Below, one piece after another: positions 23,938 through 36,829 of a DNA stretch of 64,000 nt (position 1 is its first letter; every line of letters begins with the position of its first letter). Source of the stretch: Harriotta raleighana (Eukaryota); contig JBNZDD010013674.1 of the NCBI GenBank assembly GCA_050575255.1, forward strand, positions 5,026,161 through 5,090,160, in the 5' to 3' direction. The notes beneath the pieces were generated by a model that saw only the letters and a program-made list of their open reading frames with translations, made no database searches and was not told the DNA's origin. The translations under genes were made by a program, and so were the position numbers.

Positions 23938-24790
23938 CATAGAATCATAGAATCTTACAGCACAAAAGGAGGCCATTCGGCCCATCAAGTATGTACTGGC
24001 TTTTTAAAAAGAGCAATTTAATCCCACTCCCCATAACTGAGCAAACCCATCCTCCCCAAATAAATGTCTACCTTTCTTTTAAAAGTTGTTATCAAATTGG
24101 CCTCCACCACCTTTTTAGGCAATGCATTCCAGATTCGAACAACTCGCTGAGTGAAAAAATTTCTCGTCACCTCCTCTCCGCTTCATTTTGAAACTATTTT
24201 AAATCTGTGACCATGAGTACCTAATGTTATCAGTACTGTTTCCATTGGTAGGTGTATCAGTATACACCTACCAATGGAAACAGTTTTTCATTGTTTAGTC
24301 TGTCGAATCCCTTCATGATCTTAAAAACCTCTATTGGATCTCCTCATAACCTTCTCTGTTCCAATGAGAATAAACCTAGCCTCTCTAGCCTTTCCTCAAA
24401 GCTGAAGTCCCTCATTCCTGCTACCATCCTGGTGAATCTCTTCTGCACCCTTTCCAATGCCTTAACATCCTTCCTAAAGTGTGCTGATCAGAATTGAACA
24501 CAGAATTCTAGCTGAGGCCTAACCAAAGTTTTATGGAATTTAGTCAGAACTTCCTGACTTTTATACTCTATGCCCCTATTTAGAAAGCCTTATTATCCCA
24601 TATGCATTTTTAACACCCTTGTCTACCTGACCTGCTACCTTCAAAGAATTACTTATATAAACCCCCAGGTCTCTCTGTTCCTTCACACCTCTTAAAATTG
24701 TACTACCTAGTTTATATTGCCTCTCTTCATTTTTCCTCCCAAAATACATCACCTCATATTTCTCTACATTAAATTTCATCTGCCATGTGT
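23938..24790 (-). mobile_element. CR1 LINE 3' portion
   Basis: Minus ORF MKFNVEKYEVMYFGRKN...EQRDLGVYISNSLK is typical of the CR1 ORF2 C-terminus. Tail catagaatcatagaatc...ggaggccattcggcccatc. Confidence 0.9.
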
Positions 24791-24859
24791 ATGTGTCTGC
24801 CCATTTTACCTTTCGTCTATATCTTCTTGCAGATGGTAGTACTGTATTTCTTAAGAAGA

Positions 24860-24992
24860 TTCTTAATAAGGAATCCTATTTGCACAAATAGGATGTCTTT
24901 TCAGTAACTGGAGATGGATTATGCTGAATTATGGGAGCTCTGCTCTGATAGAGGAAAGTTCTCACAAGTCAATCAGAATTCCTTATTAAGAA
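24860..24992. mobile_element. Short inverted-repeat (MITE-like) element
   Basis: 15-bp perfect inverted repeats ttcttaataaggaat / attccttattaagaa, with an internal hairpin atcctatttg-ca-caaataggat. Confidence 0.5.
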
Positions 24993-25917
24993 AATCACAT
25001 TATATAATAATTCCTGGCACCCACCTCTCCTGCCCCATTGGTATGCGGTATTTTCAGCCATTCTGCCTCCACCCTCTGGAACTCCATCCTGCAGTGTCTT
25101 CACTTCACTCCATCCCTCACCTCCTTCATGACCCACCCAAGACCCTCTTGATCTTGCTTTTGATCAATCTCATCCCCCTCACCTTCCCCAATCCCTATCC
25201 CCAGCTCCGGTCCAGAATACTGTCTGTCCAGCTCCGTGGGACGTCCTCCCGATGTGAAAAGCACAATACAAATGTAATTTTGTCATTGTTGTTTACAATG
25301 AAATCCAATTTAAAAGCCTCAAGGTAATTTTCTTAATGGCTTATCACAGAAGTAAAATGTTTTCCATTAGCTAATAGAGAAATTTTCTGTGTGCATGGTA
25401 AGTGTTCAATAAATATTTGAAAGGAACCATTCTCAAAGCATACCTTTCTCCCTCCACATAGTTTACCACCCTCTGTCAATACCTGTGACAGGATGTTTGC
25501 AGTCCTGGTGCTTTTTATGTTGTTTGCTATTCACTCAAAGTTGGACCCTATTGACCTTTTCATTACTACTACTGTAGTTCCAGGAATCAAATCTGCAATT
25601 GCATTTCTTCTTAATAAGCTGTCATTTCAAAAACTGACTATAGTGTTTCCTGTCACTGTGGATTTCATTTCCCCTTCTTCACTTTCAAGTATTATTTTTT
25701 AAATCTCTTTGTAACTTTACTATTTCTTTCTTTACATTTCTTTTTCGTTCTGTTTTATTGTCCCCATTTTACAGTTGTGTATTGATTCATCTATAGATCC
25801 ACACAATTGTCATAGTTGGTTCTATCAAAGCAGTTTCTTTCTCAATACAGCTAAATGAAAAATATTCTGCATAGGAAGTAAGAATAGTTCATGATTGGGC
25901 TTAAATTTGCCATGGGG

Positions 25918-26097
25918 CAGAGGCGTTTTTAACATCGGTGCAATCGGTGCAATGCACCAACGGGCCCCTCATATTGGATGTGCAATGCGAATGCGCACAT
26001 AAATGTGCATGCTCACTTATTAAACTTATCGTCAGTGACGGGCCCCCTAAAAAAATTTCACCGAGTACTGTAGTTTCAACTGTTAAAAACGCCTCTG
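25918..26097. mobile_element. Non-autonomous hAT element (180 bp)
   Basis: 17-bp TIRs cagaggcgtttttaaca / tgttaaaaacgcctctg. 8-bp TSD ccatgggg / ccatgaga (6/8 match). Confidence 0.85.
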
Positions 26098-26539
26098 CCA
26101 TGAGAAAAGCTGAGAGAGACCTAGAGGTATATGTTGTGTAAGAGATTTGAATAGAGAAGACCCATATGGTTGTGTAATAATTGAACGTTGATTAAGTAAT
26201 ACAAATAGCTTAACTTATTCTTAGAACTGAGACCATAGATACAGTAGAACCCTTATCAATTCCATTAGAAAGTGTGCTGACCTACTACACAACTCCAACT
26301 ATTCCAAAGTTACCTCTTTCATTTATACCCTAATCTAGCATGTAAGAACATAAAAAATACTAGACAAAAAAAAGGCCATCTTGTTTTCCTTCCACCTTCC
26401 TGGTGGTCGAATGCACTATGTCCCAAACTCCAGCACCTTGGGACATCCTCCCGACGCGAAAGACGCTCTATCAATGTAATTTTGTTATTTTGTTGTCAAA
26501 CAGTGATTTTAACCGTAATCTTACAAGTTGACTCATGTT

Positions 26540-27720
26540 AAAACAGTGTGAGACAGCAATATAGAAGGCAAACAGGATGCTGAGTTTTCCCAGCAACTTC
26601 TGTTTTTGTTTTAGATTTCCAGCATCATTAGTACAGTATTTTGTGTTTTGTTTAACACGATGCTGGGTTATATTGCCAAATCAACTGAAGGTCAGATCAT
26701 CAGAAATAAGACTAACCTTTGTAGTATGCTCTAGTTAGGCAGTACATGGAGTACTGTGTATGGTTCTGGTCACTATGACATAAAGGGGCTGTCCAGATCC
26801 TCGGGGCAATGAATAGAAGAGCAGCAAAAATGATCCCCAGAGTTATAGGAATTAGCTATGAGCAACAATTAGATTAGCCTGATCTCTTCAGTCTTGAACA
26901 GATGGCTCTGATGGATCCTTACTACTACAGTATTACTACAATAACAACAACAAAATTACATTCATATAGCGCCTTTCACATTGGGAGGATATCCAAAGGC
27001 ACTAAAACGTCAGGTGTCAGGACCCAAGCATGGGAGAGCGGCAAGATAGGGGGGAGGGGAGGGTGGGAGGGCAGCTGAAGGCAAGATCGAAAAGGAGGGT
27101 CTTGAGACTGGCCTTAAAGGAGGCAATAGAGGAAGCGAGGCAAAGGGACTGTTGGATGGAGTTCCAGAGTGTGGGGGCAAAGAGGCTGAAAGCTTTGCCA
27201 CTGATGGTAGGGCGGATCAGGCGGGAGACTTGGGGCAGACCGGAGCCCATTGAATGAAGAGGGAGGACAGGTTGGTAGGGACAAAATTACATTTATATGG
27301 TGCTGCCAGTGCCTGAGATGTGGAAGCGCTGATGGGAACCAATAAGGAGGGACTCGGGCTTGCTGAGGCTCAACTGAAAAAAGTTAACTCTCATCTACGT
27401 CTTAGGGACAGCAGTAAAACTACATAAGATTTTAAATGAGATTGAGAATGTAAACTTAGAACAATACTTTCAGATGTGCTGAGACAGTGGAACATTTGGG
27501 CGTAAGTTTAGATTTATAAAGTGAGATTCCAGGAAGGTTTATAAAGTGAGATTCTGGGAAGGCTTCTAAAGTGAGATTCCAGGACAGACACCCAGAAGTT
27601 TTTGTCAGAAGTTTTTGTTTATCCAGAAGGTAATTAATACTTGGACCAAGTTGCCAGGAAGGATGGTGAAGGACAGGATTCTGGATTCATTTAGAAAGTA
27701 GTTTGATAGTGTAATGGGAG
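26540..27720 (+). mobile_element. CR1 LINE 3' ORF2 relic carrying a nested Penelope tail (26583-26653) and antisense L2 (about 26940-27400)
   Basis: Decayed KANRMLG...ALVR..MEYCV.FWS...RRAAKMIP...SYE..L...LFSLE, then ...KVINTW.KLP after the inserts. An approximately 25-bp unit taaagtgagatt is repeated three times at 27517-27583. Confidence 0.75.
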
Positions 27721-28419
27721 AATAATTAATTAATAATGGCCTTCTTTAATCAAACCTGACTGGACACAATGTGCTTGTGAGAATACTCATATCACATGCT
27801 CCACTTTAGTTCCCATTCCTCTGTAACATTTTACTTCCTGATTATTAGAGTTACAGCTGTCACAGCTGTGTCCAGGGTCTTGGGACATTCTCCCGATGTG
27901 AATGGCGCTACTATGCAAATGTAATTTTGTTGTTCTCGTTTGTTATGTGGAAGGCCTGACAGTGAAGTCCTCCACATGTGCAGAGGGACAAGAGGTTCCA
28001 GAGGTTCATTGCAATTTTGATCATCAATACTTTACCAGAAGCTGCGGTTGGCATCCACAAACAGCAAAATTAGTAGGAATCAAAGGAAGGCTAATGCCCA
28101 ACAAGGCCAACATATGACACTTCAGTTCATTAACAAAATGTTCTTAGGATTTGAAATGCTGGCCTACAGAAGTGAAAAATGATAGCGTTCACACCTCTGT
28201 GTAAGAAGCGGTTCAAGCCTCATATTGGGGCTTTGAATTTGCATAGTCTGGGCTGTTACGCAATACAATGCTGGGAAGGACGGTGGGGTGCAATATTATT
28301 TCTGGTACCATCCTTTAGGTGAGACATTAAATTGAAATCTGTCTTTCTGTTTGGGTGGACATTAAGAAGCCATTCGAAAAAAAAGTTCATGTGAACACTG
28401 ATTTTAATCATATTAAAAA

Positions 28420-28682
28420 ATAATAATCCATACATTTCATGTAGTCCTTTTCACATCTTCTAGACATCTCAAAGCCTTCACAGAATACACTGTAAAGTGA
28501 ATTGATTGTATATTTGTGAGCAAAACGCAGCAGCCAATTTGCACACAGCTACGTTTGGTTGGTACGTTTTGCCCACAAGTATACAGTCAATTAATTTTAC
28601 AGTATATTCTGTGAAGTGCTTTGATACGTCTAGAATACGTGAAAAGCTCTATATAAAATGCATGAATTATTATTATTACTAT
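28420..28682. mobile_element. Two SINE 3' halves in inverted, tails-out arrangement
   Basis: 28420-28550 is the antisense and 28564-28682 the sense copy of the same SINE tail. Confidence 0.75.
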
Positions 28683-30419
28683 ATTATTTCTAATGACCTT
28701 GTTGCAATTCTGTGTAAATAATAACAATGCTTACACTTTGGTGTTAACACGTTTCATGTCAGAATGTTTGAAAGTATTGTTCTGTGTTTACTTTACTGGG
28801 TTTAAATTGACTAGAATTGTGCTGCTGGTATCAATGATAAGACTCCAGAACACTCTGGGGTCCCCAACCCTTGGCTCTCGCCAAACTACACCTAACACTT
28901 TGTGGAATTAGGTAAGCAGTATTCATCACCCCAGGGAGGGAATGTGCATTCCATTCCAACAATCTATCTCTTGGATTTCCATGTGTAATGTGGATACATG
29001 GAAATCTCAGCCTGGTTTGGATACTCTTAAACATGGTGATTGGTTTCCACATGGGTCAGACTCCCAGCTGACCAAAAAGAAAGTCTCAGTTGGTTAAAAT
29101 GGTACCTAGTCAGATAGCAGCTGTAAACTTCCAATGCACTTTTTACCTGCTAGGTATAAGTTATCATTCTTCCTCCCATCAATCAAGTCTCGACTGCACC
29201 AATTTACCTCTATTAAAATTATACAGATGTAATGACCTCTTTGTGCCTATTTATCCCAGAGAGCACAATGAATATTTTGCAAAATAGACACAAACTCACC
29301 TTTTGCAGTAAATTAATCAAGAGATGAGGCATTAGCCGACAGCATGAGTAACTTTCATCGGTTAAGCCTATGACTGAGTGATTAAAATAAGAGAATACCT
29401 CATGAGTGTTATGCTCATGAGTGTTGAATGTCCCAGTTGAAGCAGCATAAAACGTTAAAGGCTAAGGTACAGTATGTAGAATCTCTATTTTGACAGCAGC
29501 CAATGCCTTACAGCAGCAGAGGGATTATTGAGGAAGGAGCATAAAGATGAAGCATGATCAACTATCAGCTCTTTGGCTTTAATTGAACAACAATGCCTGT
29601 GCTGTTTCTGGTTCAGTGGCAGCATTTTTGCTGACATATGCCATCAGCCGAACACTATGCCTGAGAATTGTGTCTGAGCCAAGGAGTCTACTGAGTACAA
29701 CAGCCTGCTGCTCTAAGTGATGGACTTCTAGCCAGAACAATGAGGCTAAATGTGTCCAGACAGATTTTTCATAGAAAGAAATATAATAACTGCATCCACA
29801 GTACTTGTCCAGCAGCATAAATTGCATCCATTAAGCTCTTGGTTTGAAAGGTTGATGACATGTTTTACCAAGACATATATGTCAAAGCTCCTAAGCTCCA
29901 GTTCAACCCCAAAGAAACCACAATTACCTCCCCTTCCAAGGGAAATATGATACTCATCTTACCAACGTGAAAGGGTGAATGGTTGAGTGGACCGTCAGAA
30001 TTGCACTTGTATGATTCTTGTTACCTTATCACATTCTTCGAGACATCTTAAAGCGCTTCACAGAATAAACAGTAAAGCGAATTCACTGCATATTTTGTGG
30101 GCAAAAAGCAGCAGCCAATTGTGCACAGCATCCCACAAATAGTTTGACCAAATTATTATTATTGATTATTTAAATGGTTAACAACGTAGGAGAGAAATGG
30201 AAGGAAGGAAGATGGAAAGAAATGAAATGAAAGAACTACAACAAAATTATATTTGTAATAGTGCCTTTCACATTGGGAGGACGTCCCACGGAGTTGGAGA
30301 GAAAGCGATGAAAAACAGACTTAAAGAAACAAGAGAGAAAGAAAAACTGAAGCAATGGTGGTTTATTAACAGGGAGATATCTGGCCTATTTTTGGTTTAG
30401 TGGTTTCAATAGTGGGTTC

Positions 30420-30700
30420 CATATCATTTACTTTCCTTCAGTCATCACTGCATAGAAATGCAAGAACTATATGGTGGTATACAGTACCTGATCTATATCA
30501 TTGACTGTCTGCTTACCGCATTCCAAGAGGTCCCAGGCAATCAACATATATACAAAAGCCACAATGTTTGTCCATCCATAAATTGTGAAATCCCACATAA
30601 TGCCAATAATGCCAGAGGGCAGTTCCTTAATGTTCTCTAGAATGCCTTTGGCAGCCACAAGTAGATGAAAGCCTGCAATACTGTAGATTGCTTCTGAAAC
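30420..30700 (+). pseudogene. Putative fossil PIF/Harbinger (HARBI1-like) DDE transposase fragment
   Basis: IIYFP (other frame), then IIDC-x14-Y-x7-SINC...RGQFLNV-x4-GS. Motif spacing matches the recalled HARBI1 pattern FIRFP...VVDC-x14-Y-x7-SLNC...RGTLMTV-x4/5-GS. Contains stops and a frameshift. Confidence 0.45.
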
Positions 30701-33504
30701 ACCTGACACCGCAGATGTTTGTACTACTGAGTGCAGAACAATTTTCTGTAATTTATCTTTCCACAAGTTAAGTACCAGCAGACACAAAAAACCCATTGAT
30801 TCAAATTAATGTAATCAATAAAGAGTGCCTTATCAGATCAAAGTGGTCCATCGGAGACCAGAGTAGCAACTACAAATTTATTAACAGGCATCGCCGAAAG
30901 AGCAGCAGAAATTCTTAAAAAGGCAAATGAGTAAACAGGTCATGCCATATAATGTAATACTGGAGTGCTACTCCACCTGCAGGGTGCTATATAAATGTGA
31001 GTTGTTGTTGTCGCCAAAATATCACACGAATGTCCTCGACATGTTGCAGAACCATAGTAAGTAGACTTTACTATGAAATTCAAAGTCACTCGACTTTACA
31101 GTAAATCCTGTGGAACACTTGCAGATGTTCTCCCACTGTGAAAGGAGTTATATCAAACACAAGGATTATTATTATTTGATGATAATTATTATAAGTGGTT
31201 GAACATTTCCCCGTGGCTACCTGTGCTGTGGAACAAATCCCTAATGATCTTCCACAATACTGCGCCAATAGAAAAACAATATGCATTCACAGCTAAAATT
31301 TACGCTTTGCAACTTTAATTCTGGTGCACTGAACAGCCAGCCCAGAAAAATAACAGCTTGCACCTTTGAGGCTGTCATTTGCCGTCAGCAGTACAACTGC
31401 CTCTGGTGTCATTGGCAAAATTCAGCTCTTTAGATGAGTTTCACCAGAGGCATCAATGTCAGAGACATGGCAGAGACATTTAATGGAATTGGACCATTCA
31501 ATACAAACTTATTGGTAATGAGGAGCAGTTTTTCCAATCACGGATATTCCTTCCAGTTCTGCAGCAGTAAGGATTAAAAGGGCAAGCCTTTTAACAGTAG
31601 CATTTATAAAAGCCCTAAATATAGTTGTCATTTTATTTTGGTGTGTATAATAATAATATAATAATAATCCTTACATTTATATAGTGCTTTCCACATCTCA
31701 TTGACATCTCAAAGCGCTTNAATGCAACAACATCTAAAAGTAGGGACCAGAGCAGGGTGGAAGGGGGGCAGGGGTTGGGAAGGGAGAAGAAAAGAGGGAA
31801 GAAAGGGGAGAAAAGAGATAGGACTAGAGTGGTGGGGGGGGGGAGAAGAATTTGTGGTAGGGGGAAGAAGAGTAGGAAAATTGACTGTATATTTGTGGGT
31901 GAATATAATCTAATCACCCTTGTCTTAATTTCAGTGACTTCTCTCCTACAAGGAGCAACTTTCTACAATTTTATCCAACATATACTTTCATGCAACAAGT
32001 TTCTTTACTCCACATGTTTAATACTAATCTGTCCAAAAAAAAATAAAAAAAATTAATCATTTCAACCCATGATTGTTTGTGGGAAACTGCTGTGCGCAAT
32101 TGGATGCCTCATTTTGCTCACAAATATACAGTCAATTCACTTTACAGTATATTCTGTGAAGCGCTTTGAGATGACAATAAGATGTGAAAAGCACTATAAC
32201 AAATGCAAGGATTATTAAGTACTATAGCTTCTTTAGCATGTTTTATATCACGGATCTCGCAAAAGCACATTGAAGAGCTTTCCTGTTGGACTCTGTATCC
32301 ACAACGTTATCCTTTCTGAAATAATTTTTCGCTGCCTTTAAGTGCAGCATGTCCACAGAGGCACACTGTCAAAAATAACAAGCTCTGACAGCTCGCTGAA
32401 GCCTACAGTAACAAGTAACATTCAATTATATCACCGTGTAGTTGTAACAATCTGCCTTCAGTTCATTAATAGTATAAACTCATTAGCTGAATGAGAACGG
32501 GACTGGGATAAAATTACTGGGCCATTAAACCCCTGTACCACCTGAAGGAATTTATCCAGGCTGTGTATTTGTACATATTAGTCTCTCACGAGGATTGTGA
32601 ATACCTGATAAAATGTTGTGTGTTTTGCTCCATGCAAGCTGATAATATCCAATTCATTGATCAGTTCTGTTGATAAGTAATATTTTGGTTTGCTGGCACT
32701 CCATCACAGCCCACACTCGATCACTTGGTTCACAATGGATCACAGTACAATAGTGATCCCCTATTCACTTCTTCCCAAAGATGAATGTGATTGATTCAAC
32801 ATGACAGGAAAGCCTCATCTTAGCAGTCAAATCTTTATCTTCCTTTGGTGACTACATTAAACATCTTCAGAGGCAATGATCAGCAAATACATTTAACATC
32901 TGCTGGGGTCTTAATAGCTTGGTTTATATAAGAGCATGCTAGGTTCATGGTAGGCAACAGTAAGCTTGATGTAATAGCTGTTTGTATGTAAAATGTATAA
33001 CATTCACAGAACAGACTGCACATCACAGGTGATTGGCGACAGTTTCTAAACACTGGTGCATGCTGAGCTTGAGTGCACACATTTGTTCAGCACGTCAAGG
33101 TGTCCATGGAGATAATATGTAATTGGCTTTTTTTTACTATGTATTTTATTTATTGTTTGCATTGAATTTATTGAAACCCATGCATATAAATTTGTGCGCA
33201 GTTAATTTGCTGAGTATAATTCACCCAGTTCACCCAAAGGTGATAACTTTAAGGTCAAACATTCAAGCTGTGATTGAAGCATAACATCTCAATGAATTCA
33301 AGAGGACAATTGATACATGCATAAGCGTGAAGGGAACAGAAGGTTATTGGAAAGGACATTAGGAGAGATGGAGATTTAGGTGGAGTACAAATAATGGTAA
33401 GGACAACTTGGGCTTGAATTATGTTTATTTGTTGTAAAATCTATGTAATTCATTCTTTGTAATTTCAGTGTTTGTACATCCAATGGTATACTGCACACAA
33501 AACA

Positions 33505-33867
33505 GTTGTTTAAATCCCTCCACTCCCCTGCACCCCACAATCTCTCTAAACTCCTCTCTCCTCACAGCAGAAGCCACTGCCTCCATTCCACTGGGTCTGG
33601 CCTCCAGCTTGTCCCCCGAATCCTCTGCTCCATCACCAGCGGCCGTGCCTTCAGCCACTAGGCCCTGAAACTCTGGAACTCCCTCCCTCAATCCCTCTGC
33701 CTCACACCCTCCTTTTCCATTTTCAGGTCACGCCTGAAGACCTTTCTGTTCGACTGCGCTTAGGGTCACCTTCCCCCTGGCCAGGCCTCGGGCTCCGCTA
33801 TTGTGAAGCGCTCTGAGACGCAGTATGGCATGGAGGGCGCTATATAAATGCAAGTTGTTGTTGTTGT
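33505..33867 (+). mobile_element. L2 LINE 3' end
   Basis: tttaaatccctccac...ctctggaactccctccc...gagggcgctatataaatgcaag(ttg)n. Confidence 0.85.
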
Positions 33868-36648
33868 AAAACAAAAGAAACCACAGCGTGGCTCATCCTC
33901 CTCAGCTCTCACCCCCAGCTTATGTGCCCACTTTGAGTTGTCTTCCCGATATGCAAAGCACTGCATAAATGTCAATTCTACTGTATTGTAATATCTTCTT
34001 AGAGTGAAATCTTGTGAGCCACACACAGAGGGTTCTCTGGAGAGAAAAGCATATTACGATTGCTTGTTTGACCGCTGCGTAGCAGGTCATGGCATTCAAG
34101 GGCTGCTTGAACCACAACATTTGAAAATGATGTGCTCAATAGAAACACTGCACAGTATCATGCATGGAATATGAATGCAATCTGTATTGAATGTGCAATT
34201 CTCTGTACATCACATTATCACCAACATTTCAGCAAAAATGTTACATTATTACCACAATCTAAAATTGGTTCTGTTTGGCTGTCGCAGCTATGAGTACAAT
34301 CTAATTGGTTCGTTCAGACTTTCTATTCATAGGTGGCTGTGTGGTTGCTAGGGGAATGAATACTTAGTCCTGCCGTGTGCAATTTTCTGTAAGATGGACT
34401 GAAGGAAGCTGCTAATCTAAAGAGTGAGCATGCTCAGCTGTGCCTATGTTAAGAAATAGTGCTGTACAAATGGTATCCCATAGGCTGGATAATCATTGGA
34501 AGAAAAATAAGTGTGTGTAAGCAAATGCCAGACAGGAGATCCCATTCCTATCTATAGTTGCACCATTATGGAGCGAACAGCAACATCCTGATTCTATATA
34601 CTGTATACTGAATATTCCTCAAGTAACAGCAGCGCAAACAAATCTGTTTATGAATGCTAGCACTTTTTTATTGTACGTGGGCATGATTTAACCTGAAATG
34701 ATCTATGAAAAATGCTGCATTGCAGAAAATTGGCAGTACTGCGTCTATTGGGCTCACGCTGCTTCCTCCATAAATATTCCCTCTTGTGCCTGGCTCTGGA
34801 TGAGCAGAGGAGAGGAAATTGGGAGAAATCAATGCGACAGCTATGCAACTAATTTATTTCTGCTGTGCAATAACCAGCAGTTTGTATCAGAGGAACATGG
34901 GAAGAATTTAGCAATACAGGATGTCTGACTAGTCTCAGTGAGAAAATGCTGCAATAGGGCAGTAAAATGCTGCACAATTGCAACATTTAAAAATAAATCT
35001 TGCATTTTATCTAGCACTTAGAAATGGTGAAAAACACTCCACACATAATTGCTGCGTGCAAGGGAACCCATGTAGCCAATTTGCACACAGCAATGGCTTG
35101 TAAAGTGAGCAACTAATTTTTTTCCTGCAGAATTGATGGAATTTTTAGGACACCATTTTTGGGGGAAATTCCCTTCTCTTTTCAAATAGCATCATGGGAT
35201 CATTAATATCCACCTGACAAGAAAGAATTCAGGTGGAATATAAATTCTTATGAATGAATGAAACAAACAAAGAAATAAATAAGTGAATGAATGAATGAAT
35301 GAATAGAAACGTACAGATCCACATCCATAATATTACCAATATTTATCTATTCTTTTCTTTAACCATGCCTTTGGTCAACCTCCTTCCCTCCTTTGGTCAC
35401 TCACCCTCCCACCCTTGCTCTCCACCCTCCCTGATCCCGACCTCCAGCGAGGGTCCAAGACACTGATTTTTCCAATGTCTTGAGATGTCCTCCTTACTGT
35501 AAAGGCCTACACAAATATAATGTTATTGTTGCTGCTATTTCATTAAATAATCCCATTAGATTTTTTAAGAAAGACCTGCCTTTAATTGTCTTAATAGACC
35601 CATGTCTTTTTAAATGGTGATGATTATTATCCCATTATAAAGGGTAATTTCCAATTAAACTGAACAAGTTTGCTCAGTGTAGGTGGTAGGCTGGCTAGTT
35701 TATAGTTACTTAGTTTGTTGAGGTCAGTATCACACAAAAAAATTGGCTGTTTTTGAACAGTTGTTACATTAACAATTCACCAGTCATTTGTTACTTTTTG
35801 TTTATTTTTTCTAGGTTTGAAGATTGCAAGTTTGTAACTCCACAGGAGAACAATTTCTTATTATAAACTGGTCTCGAGTAAGTTCTATAGAAAAAATAGT
35901 CTTTAAGTCTCCATTTGCACTACAGATAATGTGATCACAAATAAAATGTACACCTAACTACAGTATCTATTTCCTGCATGCTAATAAATTCGATAAACAT
36001 TTCCAACTAGAAAATCTTCTGCACAAAGACTTAGGCGTAAGATCATCTCTGTGATCATTTCCATTGAAACCATCCTTCATAGCTTCAGTATAAATGGTGC
36101 TAAACTGGCTTGTGAAATTAACCAATACTTTGCTTCCTGTGCAAACTGTAATGCTGTACAAACTGTATCCTATTGGCTAAATAGTCATTGAATAAAGTAA
36201 AGTTTTTGTAATATTACACACTAGGGCCTTTCTGTGCGTTTTTATAAATCCTGCTATCACATTGGTCAAGTTCAGTATTGACTTGTCTCATGATGCAGTT
36301 TCACAATGAATGCACACAGTAATGAATCGCTTTCGGAAGGAAATCTTGTGGGTGAATCTCTGAAAGGGCTTTCCCCTGCCCCCTTGAGATTTATTTTCTG
36401 TTTCTTTGAGGTTGTTACTTCCTATCACATTTCTCTTTTGCTGAGTGATCAACTTCTTGGTTTCCGTTAAACAAAAACAGCCATAATTGATAATGAATGC
36501 AAGAGGGTGATGATGAGGAGACTGGTGGTTGCTTGGTGGTTCGATGCCACCCCCAAACTGATGAATTAAACTGTGGTTGCAATCAGGTTTTTTCCATGTT
36601 AATCACCAATTCCAGCCCAGAGATAGTGGCCAGTGAACTCTCAACTGA

Positions 36649-36772
36649 GTTTTTAAATATATATTATATATATATATACAGTATTTATAAATATATTTGT
36701 TGTAACATGAATCCTGAACAAAATAAAATATCTTCTTTCGCCATTTTCCATTGCTTTGTTCATGGTAACATT

Positions 36773-36829
<57 letters not shown>

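Noticed and set aside
27940-28200. Possible Myb-like partner ORF of the Harbinger relic
   Set aside because: Only a vague CGW motif; not supportable without a search.
31655-31905. SINE apparently interrupted by a purine-rich insert
   Set aside because: The break coincides with an n at 31720, so the structure may be a scaffold join.
33086-33112. REST/NRSE-like half sites (ttcagcac ... tgtccatgg)
   Set aside because: The halves are in non-canonical orientation and incomplete.
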